Assembly: GCA_029262065.1 (NCBI GenBank)
Contig: JAJDAC010000057.1
Coordinates: forward strand, 2,094 to 66,093
Length of the DNA: 64,000 nt
Direction: 5' to 3'
Source of the DNA: Candidatus Krumholzibacteriota bacterium
Lineage (GTDB): Bacteria > Krumholzibacteriota > Krumholzibacteriia > JAJRXK01
Positions 28,224 through 36,880 of this stretch are shown piece by piece. The position numbers were made by a program, and so were the translations under genes. Numbering within the stretch: position 1 is the first letter of the stretch; every line of letters begins with the position of its first letter. The notes beneath the pieces were generated by a model, which saw nothing but the letters and a program-made list of their open reading frames with translations, ran no database searches and was not told where the DNA came from.

Positions 28224-29270
28224 ATGTTTTGTTTCCCTAGCACCCGCATCCCAGCATCGCCGGCCCGCTTCGTAGTTCGGGTCGTGGGCCTCTGGCTGAT
28301 TCTGTTTGCTACCCAGGTATCCGTGGTTCGTCCGGTCGAGGCGATTCGCCTGATCTCCACGTCCATCGACCGTCAGTTCCCCGACGGATGGTGCCCGATC
28401 GAGAGTCGAGACGGACAACAAACCGAAACGCTGTGGGCTACCTTCACGGCGCAGAGTTCTTCGGTGCGCATGGTCGTCAGCGTGGACAATTTTTCTCCCG
28501 GCGCCTTTGGCGAGTGGATGAACAATCGGATCGACAACATCGCCGTGCTCGAGCGATCGGTCTACGCCGCCAACCGCGGCCCGGTTCCCAACTACGGAGA
28601 CTGCTACTTCGACGATCCCGATGCACCCGCGTTGTTGTACGACCCGGCGAGCCCGTTGACCACCGTCTACCTGGAGTTCTTCGACACCGATCCATCCGGT
28701 GATCCGGCGCGCGCCTGGTCCACGGGGACCTGGGATCCAAGCACCGGGTTCTCGGGCACGGCACCCCGCAACACCGTGAATGGTACGGATACCACGGGCG
28801 GGTCGTTGGTGTTGGGTGAGGAGAACGACGGCGTGGTGACTCTGGTTACCGAGCGTGAGGTCACGAACCTGTCGGTCGGCGTGGAGTACGTGGTCGTAGG
28901 GTGGTGGAGCGCCAACGTTGAAGGCGGACAACTCACGATCGAAGTGTTCGACGACAATGCGGTTGCGGCTCCTTCATTGCCGGGAGCCGGTCGGGCGATT
29001 CGTTCGATCTACCCAAACCCCGCGAACCCGCGCGTCCATGTGCAGCTGCGTCTGGAACGTTGGGAGTCGCCGCCGTCGCTGACGATTCTCGATGCGCTCG
29101 GGCGGCGAGTACGTACCTACGACTTGTCGGCCATGACGCCGGGTGATCAGGTTGTGACCTGGGACGGCCGGGACAACACGGGGCTTCCCGTGGCATCGGG
29201 TGTTTACTTTGCGCGACTGGAAGTGGCCGGGCACACCATCGACCGTGCGAAGATGGTGCTGGCAAAGTAG
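28224..29270 (+). CDS. Secreted protein with small beta-domains and FlgD-Ig/T9SS-like CTD
   Basis: GGAG RBS, ATG 28224; signal ending PVEA; C-terminal IYPNPANPRVHVQL...WDGRDNTGLPVASGVY. Confidence 0.8.
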   Translation: MFCFPSTRIPASPARFVVRVVGLWLILFATQVSVVRPVEAIRLISTSIDRQFPDGWCPIESRDGQQTETLWATFTAQSSSVRMVVSVDNFSPGAFGEWMNNRIDNIAVLERSVYAANRGPVPNYGDCYFDDPDAPALLYDPASPLTTVYLEFFDTDPSGDPARAWSTGTWDPSTGFSGTAPRNTVNGTDTTGGSLVLGEENDGVVTLVTEREVTNLSVGVEYVVVGWWSANVEGGQLTIEVFDDNAVAAPSLPGAGRAIRSIYPNPANPRVHVQLRLERWESPPSLTILDALGRRVRTYDLSAMTPGDQVVTWDGRDNTGLPVASGVYFARLEVAGHTIDRAKMVLAK

Positions 29271-29273
29271 CAC

Positions 29274-29591
29274 TCAGCTCGCGACAGCACCGATCAACCA
29301 CACCACCAACATTCCCGCGATCAGCGTGATCGATACGTTGCGCGTGCGCCACGCCACGAGTGCGGCCACCACGCCGGCAATCATGCGCTCGTTGTGCCAG
29401 GTAGCATCGAACTGGTTATCACGAAAAAACAAGGCTGGCGTTACCAGTGCGGTGAGAACCGCGGCGGGAACCAGGCGAAGAACACGACTCAGATACGGCG
29501 AAGGCTCACGGTCGCTGCCGCCTACCAGAAACGTGGCCCGTATCAGGAGCGTACCCACGCCGAGCCCCAAGATCCAAACCCACGGGCTCAT
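29274..29591 (-). CDS. azlD: AzlD family branched-chain amino acid exporter small subunit
   Basis: MSPWVWILGLGVGTLLIRATF...VPAAVLTALV...AALVAWRTRN; ATGA overlap with the azlC stop. Confidence 0.9.
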   Translation of the reverse strand: MSPWVWILGLGVGTLLIRATFLVGGSDREPSPYLSRVLRLVPAAVLTALVTPALFFRDNQFDATWHNERMIAGVVAALVAWRTRNVSITLIAGMLVVWLIGAVAS

Positions 29592-30265
29592 CGGGATCGC
29601 TCCAACCACGCGCCAACCAGCAGGGCCAACGTGGCGGCGGCCATGAGACCCATATGCAGCGGGAGGCGGTAGAACAGTAGGGCGGCGATGCCGGACACGA
29701 TGGCTACGACCACCGAAGTTCGATCCTGCAACGACGGAACCAACAGGGCCAGGAACATCAGGGGCACCGAAAACTCCAAACCCCAGCTGGGCGGCACCTG
29801 CAATCCTACCAGTACCCCCAGAACCGAAGACGACTGCCATGTCGTCCACAGGGTAAGGCCGGCGCCGCAGTAGAATGCGAAGTGGTGGATCGGCCTGGTG
29901 TCTTGAAAGCGCAGCACCGACACCGCGTAGGCCTGGTCGGTCAGAAGGTACGAGCCGAACCAGCGTTGCCACGGCGACAAACCACGTAGGTGCGGTGCCA
30001 GCGATGCGGAGTACATAAGGAACCGCACGTTGATGACCAGGCCGGTGGCAACGACGATGGCCAACGGTGCACCCTGGCCCCACAGCTCGGCCGCCGCGAT
30101 CTGCGATGCGCCGGCGAACACGATGGACGACATGAGAATGGCCGTGATTTTTCCCAGGCCCTCGGAAACGGCGACGACGCCGTAGATGAGCCCAAACGGG
30201 ACTACTCCCACCAGAATGGGAAGAACGGACCGGGATCCGGCCACGAGGCTTTGGCGGACATTCAT
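29588..30265 (-). CDS. azlC: AzlC family branched-chain amino acid exporter
   Basis: VPFGLIYG, MSSIVFAGASQ, INVRFLMYSASL, LLTDQAYA; ATG 30265. Confidence 0.92.
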   Translation of the reverse strand: MNVRQSLVAGSRSVLPILVGVVPFGLIYGVVAVSEGLGKITAILMSSIVFAGASQIAAAELWGQGAPLAIVVATGLVINVRFLMYSASLAPHLRGLSPWQRWFGSYLLTDQAYAVSVLRFQDTRPIHHFAFYCGAGLTLWTTWQSSSVLGVLVGLQVPPSWGLEFSVPLMFLALLVPSLQDRTSVVVAIVSGIAALLFYRLPLHMGLMAAATLALLVGAWLERSR

Positions 30266-30405
30266 GATGGCCACGTAACGGCCGTTTGATCGACTGTGCC
30301 AGGTACAGTTGAGGGCGAATCCCATTGTTTTGGTGCCGGCGGGTGGCCGGATCTACCCCCGAACCGCGCGACAGTAGATAAGAACCCATGTATGGAGGCC
30401 TTATC

Positions 30406-33400
30406 ATGTCCCGCGCCGCAACTCTTGCTTTGCTCTTGCTCCTATTGCCATCGGTCGCCAAGGCGGCTCCACCCGATCTCATTTCCGATTCGTTCCTGCA
30501 GGGCGTCAGCGGCGAGTCTTTTGGCCACGCCATGGCCACGGCGGGCGACGTCAACGGAGACGGCTACTCGGACGTACTCGTTGGGGCGCCTACGGCGGGC
30601 AGCCTGAATTGGGGAACCGTGTACCTGTTCTACGGGAACGGCGACGGAATCGATGAAACTGCCGCATGGAGCTTCAACGGTGGCGTCGTCGCGCAGTGCG
30701 GTTTCTCGGTGGCCCCGGCCGGAGATACGAACGGAGACGGATTTGGTGACTTTCTCGTGGGTGCTCCCTACGGCGGCCTTGGCGAGGGAGGCGAAGGTCT
30801 TGTCTACCTGTTCGCGGGAAGCGCATCCGGGCCGTCGCTTCTGAACACGTTCCAGGTCAACGACAACGGCGCCCACTTCGGCTATTCGGTCTCCTGGGCC
30901 GGGGACGTGAATGGCGATGGATACGACGACATCATGGCCGGGGCTCCTGACTGGGGCGGTTTCGGCAGCCCGTTCTACATTCCCGTGCAGGGTTTGGCTC
31001 GCGTGTACCACGGGGGTCCGAATGGTCCCGACGATACGGCCGATTGGTCTTTGTCGGGTGGCCAGACGGCTTCGTCGTTTGGGTTCAGCGTGGCTGGCCT
31101 TGGCGACGTAAACGGCGACGGGTACGCGGACGTCATGGTCGGCGCACCGCATTGGGATCCTGGAATCATCGATACCAACAACGGCAAGGTCTACTGCTAC
31201 CTGGGTAGTGCGACCGGCTTGGCTACGTCGCCGACCTGGGAGGCAGTGGGTGCGGGAGGCGGTGACCTGTTCGGGTCCTGGGTGGCCGGCGGAGCCGACA
31301 TCAACGGAGACGGCTACAACGACGCATTGATTGGCGCGCCCGACTACACCACCATCGGCGGTGCGTTCTACTGGACATTGGGTTCGGCCGGAGGACTCCT
31401 GTCGACGAATCGGGTATCGCCGGCTCAGATCGACTTCGGGCAGAACCTTTCCATGATGGGCGACTTCAACGGCGACGGCTTTGCCGATGTCATCGTGGGA
31501 GGTGATGCGAACTACGCCAACATCTACGAAGGCAGCCCCAATGGCCTGTTGTTTTCGGCCAGCGCCGGTGGCCAGATCGCCAGCTACGGTGAAGTGGTGG
31601 CCTGCGCGGGTGATGTCGACGGCGATGGCACCAGCGACTTCCTGATCAATCATCCCGATGCTCCGGGCGGTGGCATTGTTCGCCTGTACCTGGGCGGTCG
31701 TCAGGTGCCGGGCTCGGTTGTACCCGAACAGGAAGTGATGGGAAGCGCACCCGGGGAATCTTTCGGCGCGGCGGTGGCGTCAGCCGGCGATGTGAATGGA
31801 GACGGCCTGGACGATTTCATTGCCGGGTCACCTACCGTAGGTGGATCGGACGAGGGACGCGTCTCGGTGTACCACGGAACCGTCGCGGGCCTCTTCTTTC
31901 CGGACTGGGTATCCAACGGAACCACGCCAGGCGGAAGCTTGGGCGAAGCGGTAGCTTCGGCCGGCGACGTCGACGGCGACGGCTACGCCGACATCGTCGT
32001 GGGCGAGCCGGGCGCGGACAAGATCCACGTATACATGGGATCGGCGTCAGGACTATCGGCTAGCCCCGACTGGACCTTCCAGGACGACGAGGCGGGTTCT
32101 CGCCTGGGAGCTTCAGTGGATGGTGCCGGCGACATCAACGGCGACGGCTACGCCGACATCGTGGCGGGGGCGCCGCTGTACGACGGAGACTACGTCGAGC
32201 AGGGACGGGTGCGTGTGTTCATGGGTTCGGCCCAAGGCATGACCAACAGCGGCTTTAGAATCTACAATTTTCAGTCGGGTGGCTATTTCGGCGCGTCCGT
32301 GGCGGGAATCGGCGACGGCGACGGCGATGGATTCGATGACGTTGCGATCGGTACGCCGGGCTACACTCTGACCGAGGTCGACCAGGGATCGGCGTTCGTT
32401 TTCTTCGGCGCGTCAAACACCATGACCGGTCCCTGGGCAAGCACCGGCGGTGCGGCCGCCGGCGATGCCAATGGATCTTCCATCGCTGCCGCGGGCGATG
32501 TGAACGGGGATGGCTTTGCCGACTTTGTAGTTGGCGCGCCTCTCGCCGATCAGGGCGGTACCGCCGACGTTGGTACGGCCCGTATCTATTTCGGTTCGGA
32601 CGTCGGGGTGCCCTTCCTCACCAGTCGTACGATTCCCGCTCCTGCGATCTGGCCCAATCGTCAATGGGGGCGATCGGTTTCTTCGGCCGGCGACCTTGCT
32701 TCGTTGGGAAAGACCATGGTCGCCATTGGCAACGTGAACAATCTGGGAGGGGCGCAACTGGGCCTCGTGGAAGTCACCAGCAGTTCCTACGCGCATATTG
32801 GCTATCTGAATTCGGGTGCGAACGGTACCAACCTGGCGGTAGCCGTGGCTGGCGACCTGGACGGCGATGGATTGCCGGAAATCGCCATGGGCACGCCGTT
32901 GGGAAACGGTACGAACGGGGGATTCGCAATCTTCTCGCCGCACATGGACCTGGGGCCGAACATTCGCAGCATCAAGCCCAGGCTCACGGACATGGGTGGC
33001 GATCCCGTTGCATTGCGCGGCCTTACCCAGCCCAACGGTTTGAGAATAGAGATGAAGGGCTGGCTGCCTACCGGTCGAACCCGCTTGAGGCTGGAATCGC
33101 AGATGGCTCAACATCTGGATCCGTACGGAAGCGTGGAGGCGGGATCGTGGGTCAACAGCGGCTCCCCGGTGAATCAGGGCGTCGCCTTGTCCGAGAACGT
33201 GCCTACTAGTCTGATCGATGGGCAACGGTATCGTTGGCGCCTGCGGGTGGCCTCACAGAATCCGTTCGTTCCGCACGGACGATGGATCACTGACACTCCC
33301 AACTCAGACTCCCTGTACGGCTTCCGTGTCGACGTCGTAACGGCCATCGCCGAAGTGCCATCGTCGTTCCGGGCGCAGTCACGAATGCTTGCGCCGTACC

Positions 33401-33651
33401 CCAATCCGTTCAATCCCACTACCAATCTGCAATTCGAATTGGAGGTACCGCACGGAGTTTCGCTGCGCATCGTCAACCTGGCGGGGCGTGTGGTACGAAC
33501 TCTTCACCGCGGCCCGCTGGAGGCCGGGGAGCACCGTATGCAGTGGGACGGGCAAGACGACGCCGGGCGGTCCGTTGCGTCCGGTAGCTACATTGCCGTG
33601 TTGGAGGTGGGTCAGGACCGCGAGACGAGGAAACTAGTGCTTGTGAAATAG
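30406..33651 (+). CDS. FG-GAP (integrin-alpha-like) repeat protein, 14 repeats, with FlgD-Ig/T9SS-like CTD
   Basis: GGAGG RBS, ATG 30406; signal peptide; 14 AGDVNGDGxxDxxVGAP-type repeats; C-terminal APYPNPFNPTT...WDGQDDAGRSVASGSY. Confidence 0.92.
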   Translation: MSRAATLALLLLLLPSVAKAAPPDLISDSFLQGVSGESFGHAMATAGDVNGDGYSDVLVGAPTAGSLNWGTVYLFYGNGDGIDETAAWSFNGGVVAQCGFSVAPAGDTNGDGFGDFLVGAPYGGLGEGGEGLVYLFAGSASGPSLLNTFQVNDNGAHFGYSVSWAGDVNGDGYDDIMAGAPDWGGFGSPFYIPVQGLARVYHGGPNGPDDTADWSLSGGQTASSFGFSVAGLGDVNGDGYADVMVGAPHWDPGIIDTNNGKVYCYLGSATGLATSPTWEAVGAGGGDLFGSWVAGGADINGDGYNDALIGAPDYTTIGGAFYWTLGSAGGLLSTNRVSPAQIDFGQNLSMMGDFNGDGFADVIVGGDANYANIYEGSPNGLLFSASAGGQIASYGEVVACAGDVDGDGTSDFLINHPDAPGGGIVRLYLGGRQVPGSVVPEQEVMGSAPGESFGAAVASAGDVNGDGLDDFIAGSPTVGGSDEGRVSVYHGTVAGLFFPDWVSNGTTPGGSLGEAVASAGDVDGDGYADIVVGEPGADKIHVYMGSASGLSASPDWTFQDDEAGSRLGASVDGAGDINGDGYADIVAGAPLYDGDYVEQGRVRVFMGSAQGMTNSGFRIYNFQSGGYFGASVAGIGDGDGDGFDDVAIGTPGYTLTEVDQGSAFVFFGASNTMTGPWASTGGAAAGDANGSSIAAAGDVNGDGFADFVVGAPLADQGGTADVGTARIYFGSDVGVPFLTSRTIPAPAIWPNRQWGRSVSSAGDLASLGKTMVAIGNVNNLGGAQLGLVEVTSSSYAHIGYLNSGANGTNLAVAVAGDLDGDGLPEIAMGTPLGNGTNGGFAIFSPHMDLGPNIRSIKPRLTDMGGDPVALRGLTQPNGLRIEMKGWLPTGRTRLRLESQMAQHLDPYGSVEAGSWVNSGSPVNQGVALSENVPTSLIDGQRYRWRLRVASQNPFVPHGRWITDTPNSDSLYGFRVDVVTAIAEVPSSFRAQSRMLAPYPNPFNPTTNLQFELEVPHGVSLRIVNLAGRVVRTLHRGPLEAGEHRMQWDGQDDAGRSVASGSYIAVLEVGQDRETRKLVLVK

Positions 33652-33730
33652 AGGGCCTGCGCGATTGCCGCGCCGAATGCGCATCTTCCAATGAGCAGGC
33701 CATTTCGGTCGGCCGCCCATTGGAGTCACC

Positions 33731-34339
33731 ATGTTCAAGCACCTCGGACTACTCATCCTTGCCATTCTTCTCGTTTCCGCCGCTTCTGACGCCCAGGCGG
33801 GAGCGCTGGAAATCCAGGGTTACGCCGGTCTATACAGTCCCGCTGCCCTCGCCGTGGAAGAGATGGTCCCTGGCGCGGGTACGGTTACCGCCGAGCACGC
33901 CGACGCACTGGCCCTCGGCGGCCGTCTGGACATCTGGCTCAAGAACCAGCTCGCCCTGGAGTTGGGCGGCATGTACACCTCCACCTCGCTCGACGGCCAG
34001 GTGCTGGGAATCACCGGATCCACCGGCGCGCGAGCTGTCTTTGGTAGCGCGAAGCTGCTGTTGCAGGGCGCGTCCGATCCCAACCAAACGCGATTCCACA
34101 TCGGCGCCGGCATCATGCTGGGCTCAATGAGCTACGACGATATCGACGGATCCAACTGGGTCGCGCTTACCGTGGGTGGTGGCGTGCGCGTGCCCTTGAG
34201 TGAGTTCGTTGCCCTACGCCTCGACGTGGACGACTACATCTACACCCTGCAGTGGTTCGTGGACGGCGTGAGCGTGACCGACGAACTACTCCAGCACGAT
34301 CTGGTGTTCTCGTTGGGCCTCTCGCGCTATCTGCCCTAG
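33731..34339 (+). CDS. Outer-membrane beta-barrel protein (8-stranded, OmpA-TM-like)
   Basis: Signal peptide ending AQA; alternating amphipathic strands (LALGGRLDIW, FHIGAGIML, VGGGVRVPL, LVFSLGLSRY). Confidence 0.75.
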   Translation: MFKHLGLLILAILLVSAASDAQAGALEIQGYAGLYSPAALAVEEMVPGAGTVTAEHADALALGGRLDIWLKNQLALELGGMYTSTSLDGQVLGITGSTGARAVFGSAKLLLQGASDPNQTRFHIGAGIMLGSMSYDDIDGSNWVALTVGGGVRVPLSEFVALRLDVDDYIYTLQWFVDGVSVTDELLQHDLVFSLGLSRYLP

Positions 34340-34366
34340 TTCAATCGTGTATGGTTCATCGGGGGC

Positions 34367-35080
34367 CTAGAAGCGCGACTTCAGCGCGCCCCACGTAACC
34401 GACTCGCTGGCCAACACCGCCGAGCACGTCATGACCTCGGCGCCGGCGACGATCACGCAACCCCTGGGATCGTCGCAGTCCACGTATCCGGTGAGGATCA
34501 CTTCGGTGCCGGTATCGATGAACTCTTCCAAACTGGGCGACCGCACGGTGAGCAGTGGCTTCCAACACGAATCGGGACACGGCACGAACAAGGCGTCGGG
34601 CCCCAGGGAAAAGACCTGACCGATTCCCACGATTGCTTCAGCGCTCGGTTGCGCGTACGACACGCTACGGCCTAGTTCGAACGCACCGGCGAGTAGAAGC
34701 AGGCGACGGTCATCCACCGCGAACACTTCGTAGCGATGAATCGTATTGGGATCGATGGTGTCGTTGGCCTGGAACTCGTAGGTGCCGGCCGTGGGTAAGG
34801 CCAGGAGCTCCTCGGTGATGCGCGCTCGGTTGCACTCCCCTACCACGGTTCGGTAGATATCCAGACCCACGAGGTTGGGATTGAGATCGGACGCGAACGC
34901 CACGCTGAGCGATAGAGTTACGCCACCGCTGGGTTCGACGCTCGCCTCCAGGTCGAGACTGCTGCTGGTTGGCGGCTCGGAAGCATCGACAGACTGGCTC
35001 CACGTGATAGCCGTGGCCATGAGTAGCATCGATGACAGCACGAATACACGGATGTTCGTGGGCATCTGGGACCTCTTCAC
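34367..35080 (-). CDS. Secreted hypothetical protein ending in a TWGALKSRF tail
   Basis: Signal peptide ending VDA; several Cys; C-terminus AVLASESVTWGALKSRF*. Confidence 0.75.
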   Translation of the reverse strand: MKRSQMPTNIRVFVLSSMLLMATAITWSQSVDASEPPTSSSLDLEASVEPSGGVTLSLSVAFASDLNPNLVGLDIYRTVVGECNRARITEELLALPTAGTYEFQANDTIDPNTIHRYEVFAVDDRRLLLLAGAFELGRSVSYAQPSAEAIVGIGQVFSLGPDALFVPCPDSCWKPLLTVRSPSLEEFIDTGTEVILTGYVDCDDPRGCVIVAGAEVMTCSAVLASESVTWGALKSRF

Positions 35081-35247
35081 TTTGAAGTTTTCGAAACAGC
35101 TCTCAGGGGCGCGGAGGGAGCCGTCTATTCAAGAGGTGACGTGAGCCACCGAATCCGTGCACAAAAAGTGGGACTCTGCGATGATGGAAAGGTCACAGAA
35201 CACGCCACACACGTCGCGACGGCTGAGCGTCGGCACGGGTCGGTTAC

Positions 35248-35484
35248 ATGGGCGAGAGCCAGACCAACAACCCATTGCACGGAGTCACCCTGGAGCAGGT
35301 CGTGACCTACCTGGTCGAACGCTTCGGCTGGGTCGAACTCGGGCAACGAATCGACATCCGATGCTTCACGAGCGATCCTTCGGTCAAGTCCAGTCTCAAG
35401 TTCCTGCGCCGAACACCGTGGGCCAGGCAGAAGGTCGAGGATCTGTACATCCACACGAAGCGTGGTGACGTCTGGCGCTCGTAG
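35248..35484 (+). CDS. VF530/DUF2132 family DNA-binding protein
   Basis: [10 protein letters not shown]...[35 protein letters not shown] is the family signature. Confidence 0.92.
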   Translation: MGESQTNNPLHGVTLEQVVTYLVERFGWVELGQRIDIRCFTSDPSVKSSLKFLRRTPWARQKVEDLYIHTKRGDVWRS

Positions 35485-35528
35485 CAGTAGGCTCGAAAGA
35501 GTTTCACAACGAACAAAGGGGTCCCAAG

Positions 35529-36197
35529 ATGTTTCGACGCATCCTTACTACGATGACAGTACTCATGGTGGCTTGCTCGATCGCTTTGCCCGTGCAAGCC
35601 GTCGTGACTTCGCTCCCGTTGCTTCAGGCCGGGGACGACGAACGAGAGGACGCTCTGGGCTGTTACGAGCCAGACTTTCTGGCGGGTACCTCTTCGACCG
35701 AAGTCAATTTGAAGGCGGGCGGCAACGCGTGGGGTTGTTCGTCGGAGTGGGCCATGAGTGTGGAGTTCGACCTGAGCGACATTCCCGTGGGGTTGGCGGT
35801 GTTCAACGCGACCTTCACCGTGCGGAAGACAGGATATGCCGACGACTCCATCGGCTTCTTTCCGCTGGGCCTGTTCGCCTATTCCGCCACCGGCGGAGTC
35901 GTCGGGGTGCCCCGGGCAAACCTGACTCTCGAGACCTTGCTGGATGCCGTATCGCCCTCGTCGCCCAATGTGGACCACTCGTTTGACGTGACCGAATTCA
36001 TACGTGATGCGGTGGACGACGGCGAGACCCGCGTGGGGCTGTTGCTGGCCAGCGTCTACAACGAAGCCGGCTACCACGACTTCATCTACCTGGGAGGCGC
36101 GGGCCACAGCTCACCGCCGCGCCTGGTCGTGGAGCACGAGGGGCCCGTTTCGACCGAGAGCAGCAGTTGGTCCGCGGTGAAGGCGCTCTTCCACTGA
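35529..36197 (+). CDS. Secreted DNRLRE/CBM96-like beta-sandwich protein ending in a SWSAVKALFH tail
   Basis: Signal peptide ending VQA; FDLSDIP...A...FDVTEFI...PRLVVE pattern; C-terminus GPVSTESSSWSAVKALFH*. Confidence 0.75.
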   Translation: MFRRILTTMTVLMVACSIALPVQAVVTSLPLLQAGDDEREDALGCYEPDFLAGTSSTEVNLKAGGNAWGCSSEWAMSVEFDLSDIPVGLAVFNATFTVRKTGYADDSIGFFPLGLFAYSATGGVVGVPRANLTLETLLDAVSPSSPNVDHSFDVTEFIRDAVDDGETRVGLLLASVYNEAGYHDFIYLGGAGHSSPPRLVVEHEGPVSTESSSWSAVKALFH

Positions 36198-36334
36198 AAC
36201 GACCGGATCGGCAGAGATTTCCCCGACCCGGCACAAATGGCACGCATCGTGATAGTCCATCTATCCGTTCGCAAGCCGCGCACCGGACCTCTTTTATCCA
36301 GTATTCGACAAGGCTCCGGAAGTGTTTGGCAGAT

Positions 36335-36827
36335 CATGGGTTAGGGGCCTCGTGGGGAAGGCTTGGGTCGGCCTCACGAGTGCCACCTCCCATGGCCGTC
36401 TACGATAGAGGACGGCAAGTGTCCCAACCGTGATGCAATTCGCGGACGGGGGGCGACAGTCGGAACCAGGGTCTCGCTGCGGCGAGGCACCCGGTTCGCT
36501 CCGGCCGAGAGGCCGGGGTCGGGGCCGAGACCCCGTCAAGTCGAGTTGACGTGGTCACCGGTTGCGTGGCAGCGAGGGTGTTTGGAAGAGAAGGCGAGAG
36601 ACTCTTTCAGACGAATACCGTCGCGAGCTGAGGGCGGCGGGTCCGAGCATGGCGGACCCGCCGTTCCACCAAAGCGCCGTCGTCCCTGCCAGAGCAGGAT
36701 CAAGTGACGTCTCGTCACCCGGTCCAACGGTGATCCGGCTCGCACGAAGTTTTCGTGGTAGGTGACACCACGGTGGTAAAGGCCCTCGACCGAGCTTCGG
36801 TCCGAGGGCCTTTACGTTTCTCCCTTT
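36335..36827 (+). ncRNA. Putative large structured RNA (unassigned family)
   Basis: At least 10 consecutive hairpins covering most of the interval, with G.U pairs and a GNRA loop favouring the + strand, ending in a terminator; no credible ORF. Confidence 0.55.
36776..36827 (+). terminator. Intrinsic terminator closing the structured element
   Basis: GTAAAGGCCCTCG (36776-36788) pairs with CGAGGGCCTTTAC (36803-36815), inner ACCGA/TCGGT stem, then GTTTCTCCCTTT. Confidence 0.8.
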
Positions 36828-36880
36828 ATTCGATCTTATCGCGAAAACGTCGTACACTCATTGCGAAGGGGGATTCGCAT

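Noticed and set aside
28005-28931. N-terminal 309 aa of the 1269-aa ORF (25122-28931), which would make a giant CHAT fusion
   Set aside because: It is the antisense shadow of the + strand CTD gene, is Arg/Gly-rich nonsense, and a proper signal peptide begins after ATG 28004.
29592-30554. 426-aa ORF suggesting a long AzlD fusion
   Set aside because: Only the last 105 aa are AzlD; the rest is an off-frame read-through of azlC. The ATGA overlap defines the real start.
30442-31653. Long antisense ORFs (403 aa here; similarly 880-2064, 41772-42842, 47218-48528, 55185-56237)
   Set aside because: Expected shadows of GC-rich coding genes with biased codon usage; no independent motifs.
35125-35454. 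109-aa minus-strand ORF
   Set aside because: Antisense to the clearly recognisable VF530 gene.
36585-36612. GAAGGCGAGAGACTCTTTCAG resembling group I intron R element or glycine riboswitch fragments
   Set aside because: The other required conserved elements are missing or out of order, and there is no host gene to splice.
36446-36671. GGGGGGCGAC ... TTCCACCA resembling tmRNA or tRNA ends
   Set aside because: The acceptor stem does not pair properly, there is no canonical TTCGA T-loop and no tag ORF ending in (L/A)AA-stop.
36086-36857. Several 67-114 aa ORFs across the structured intergenic region
   Set aside because: They overlap on both strands, are Arg/Pro-rich, lack an RBS and show no family motifs.
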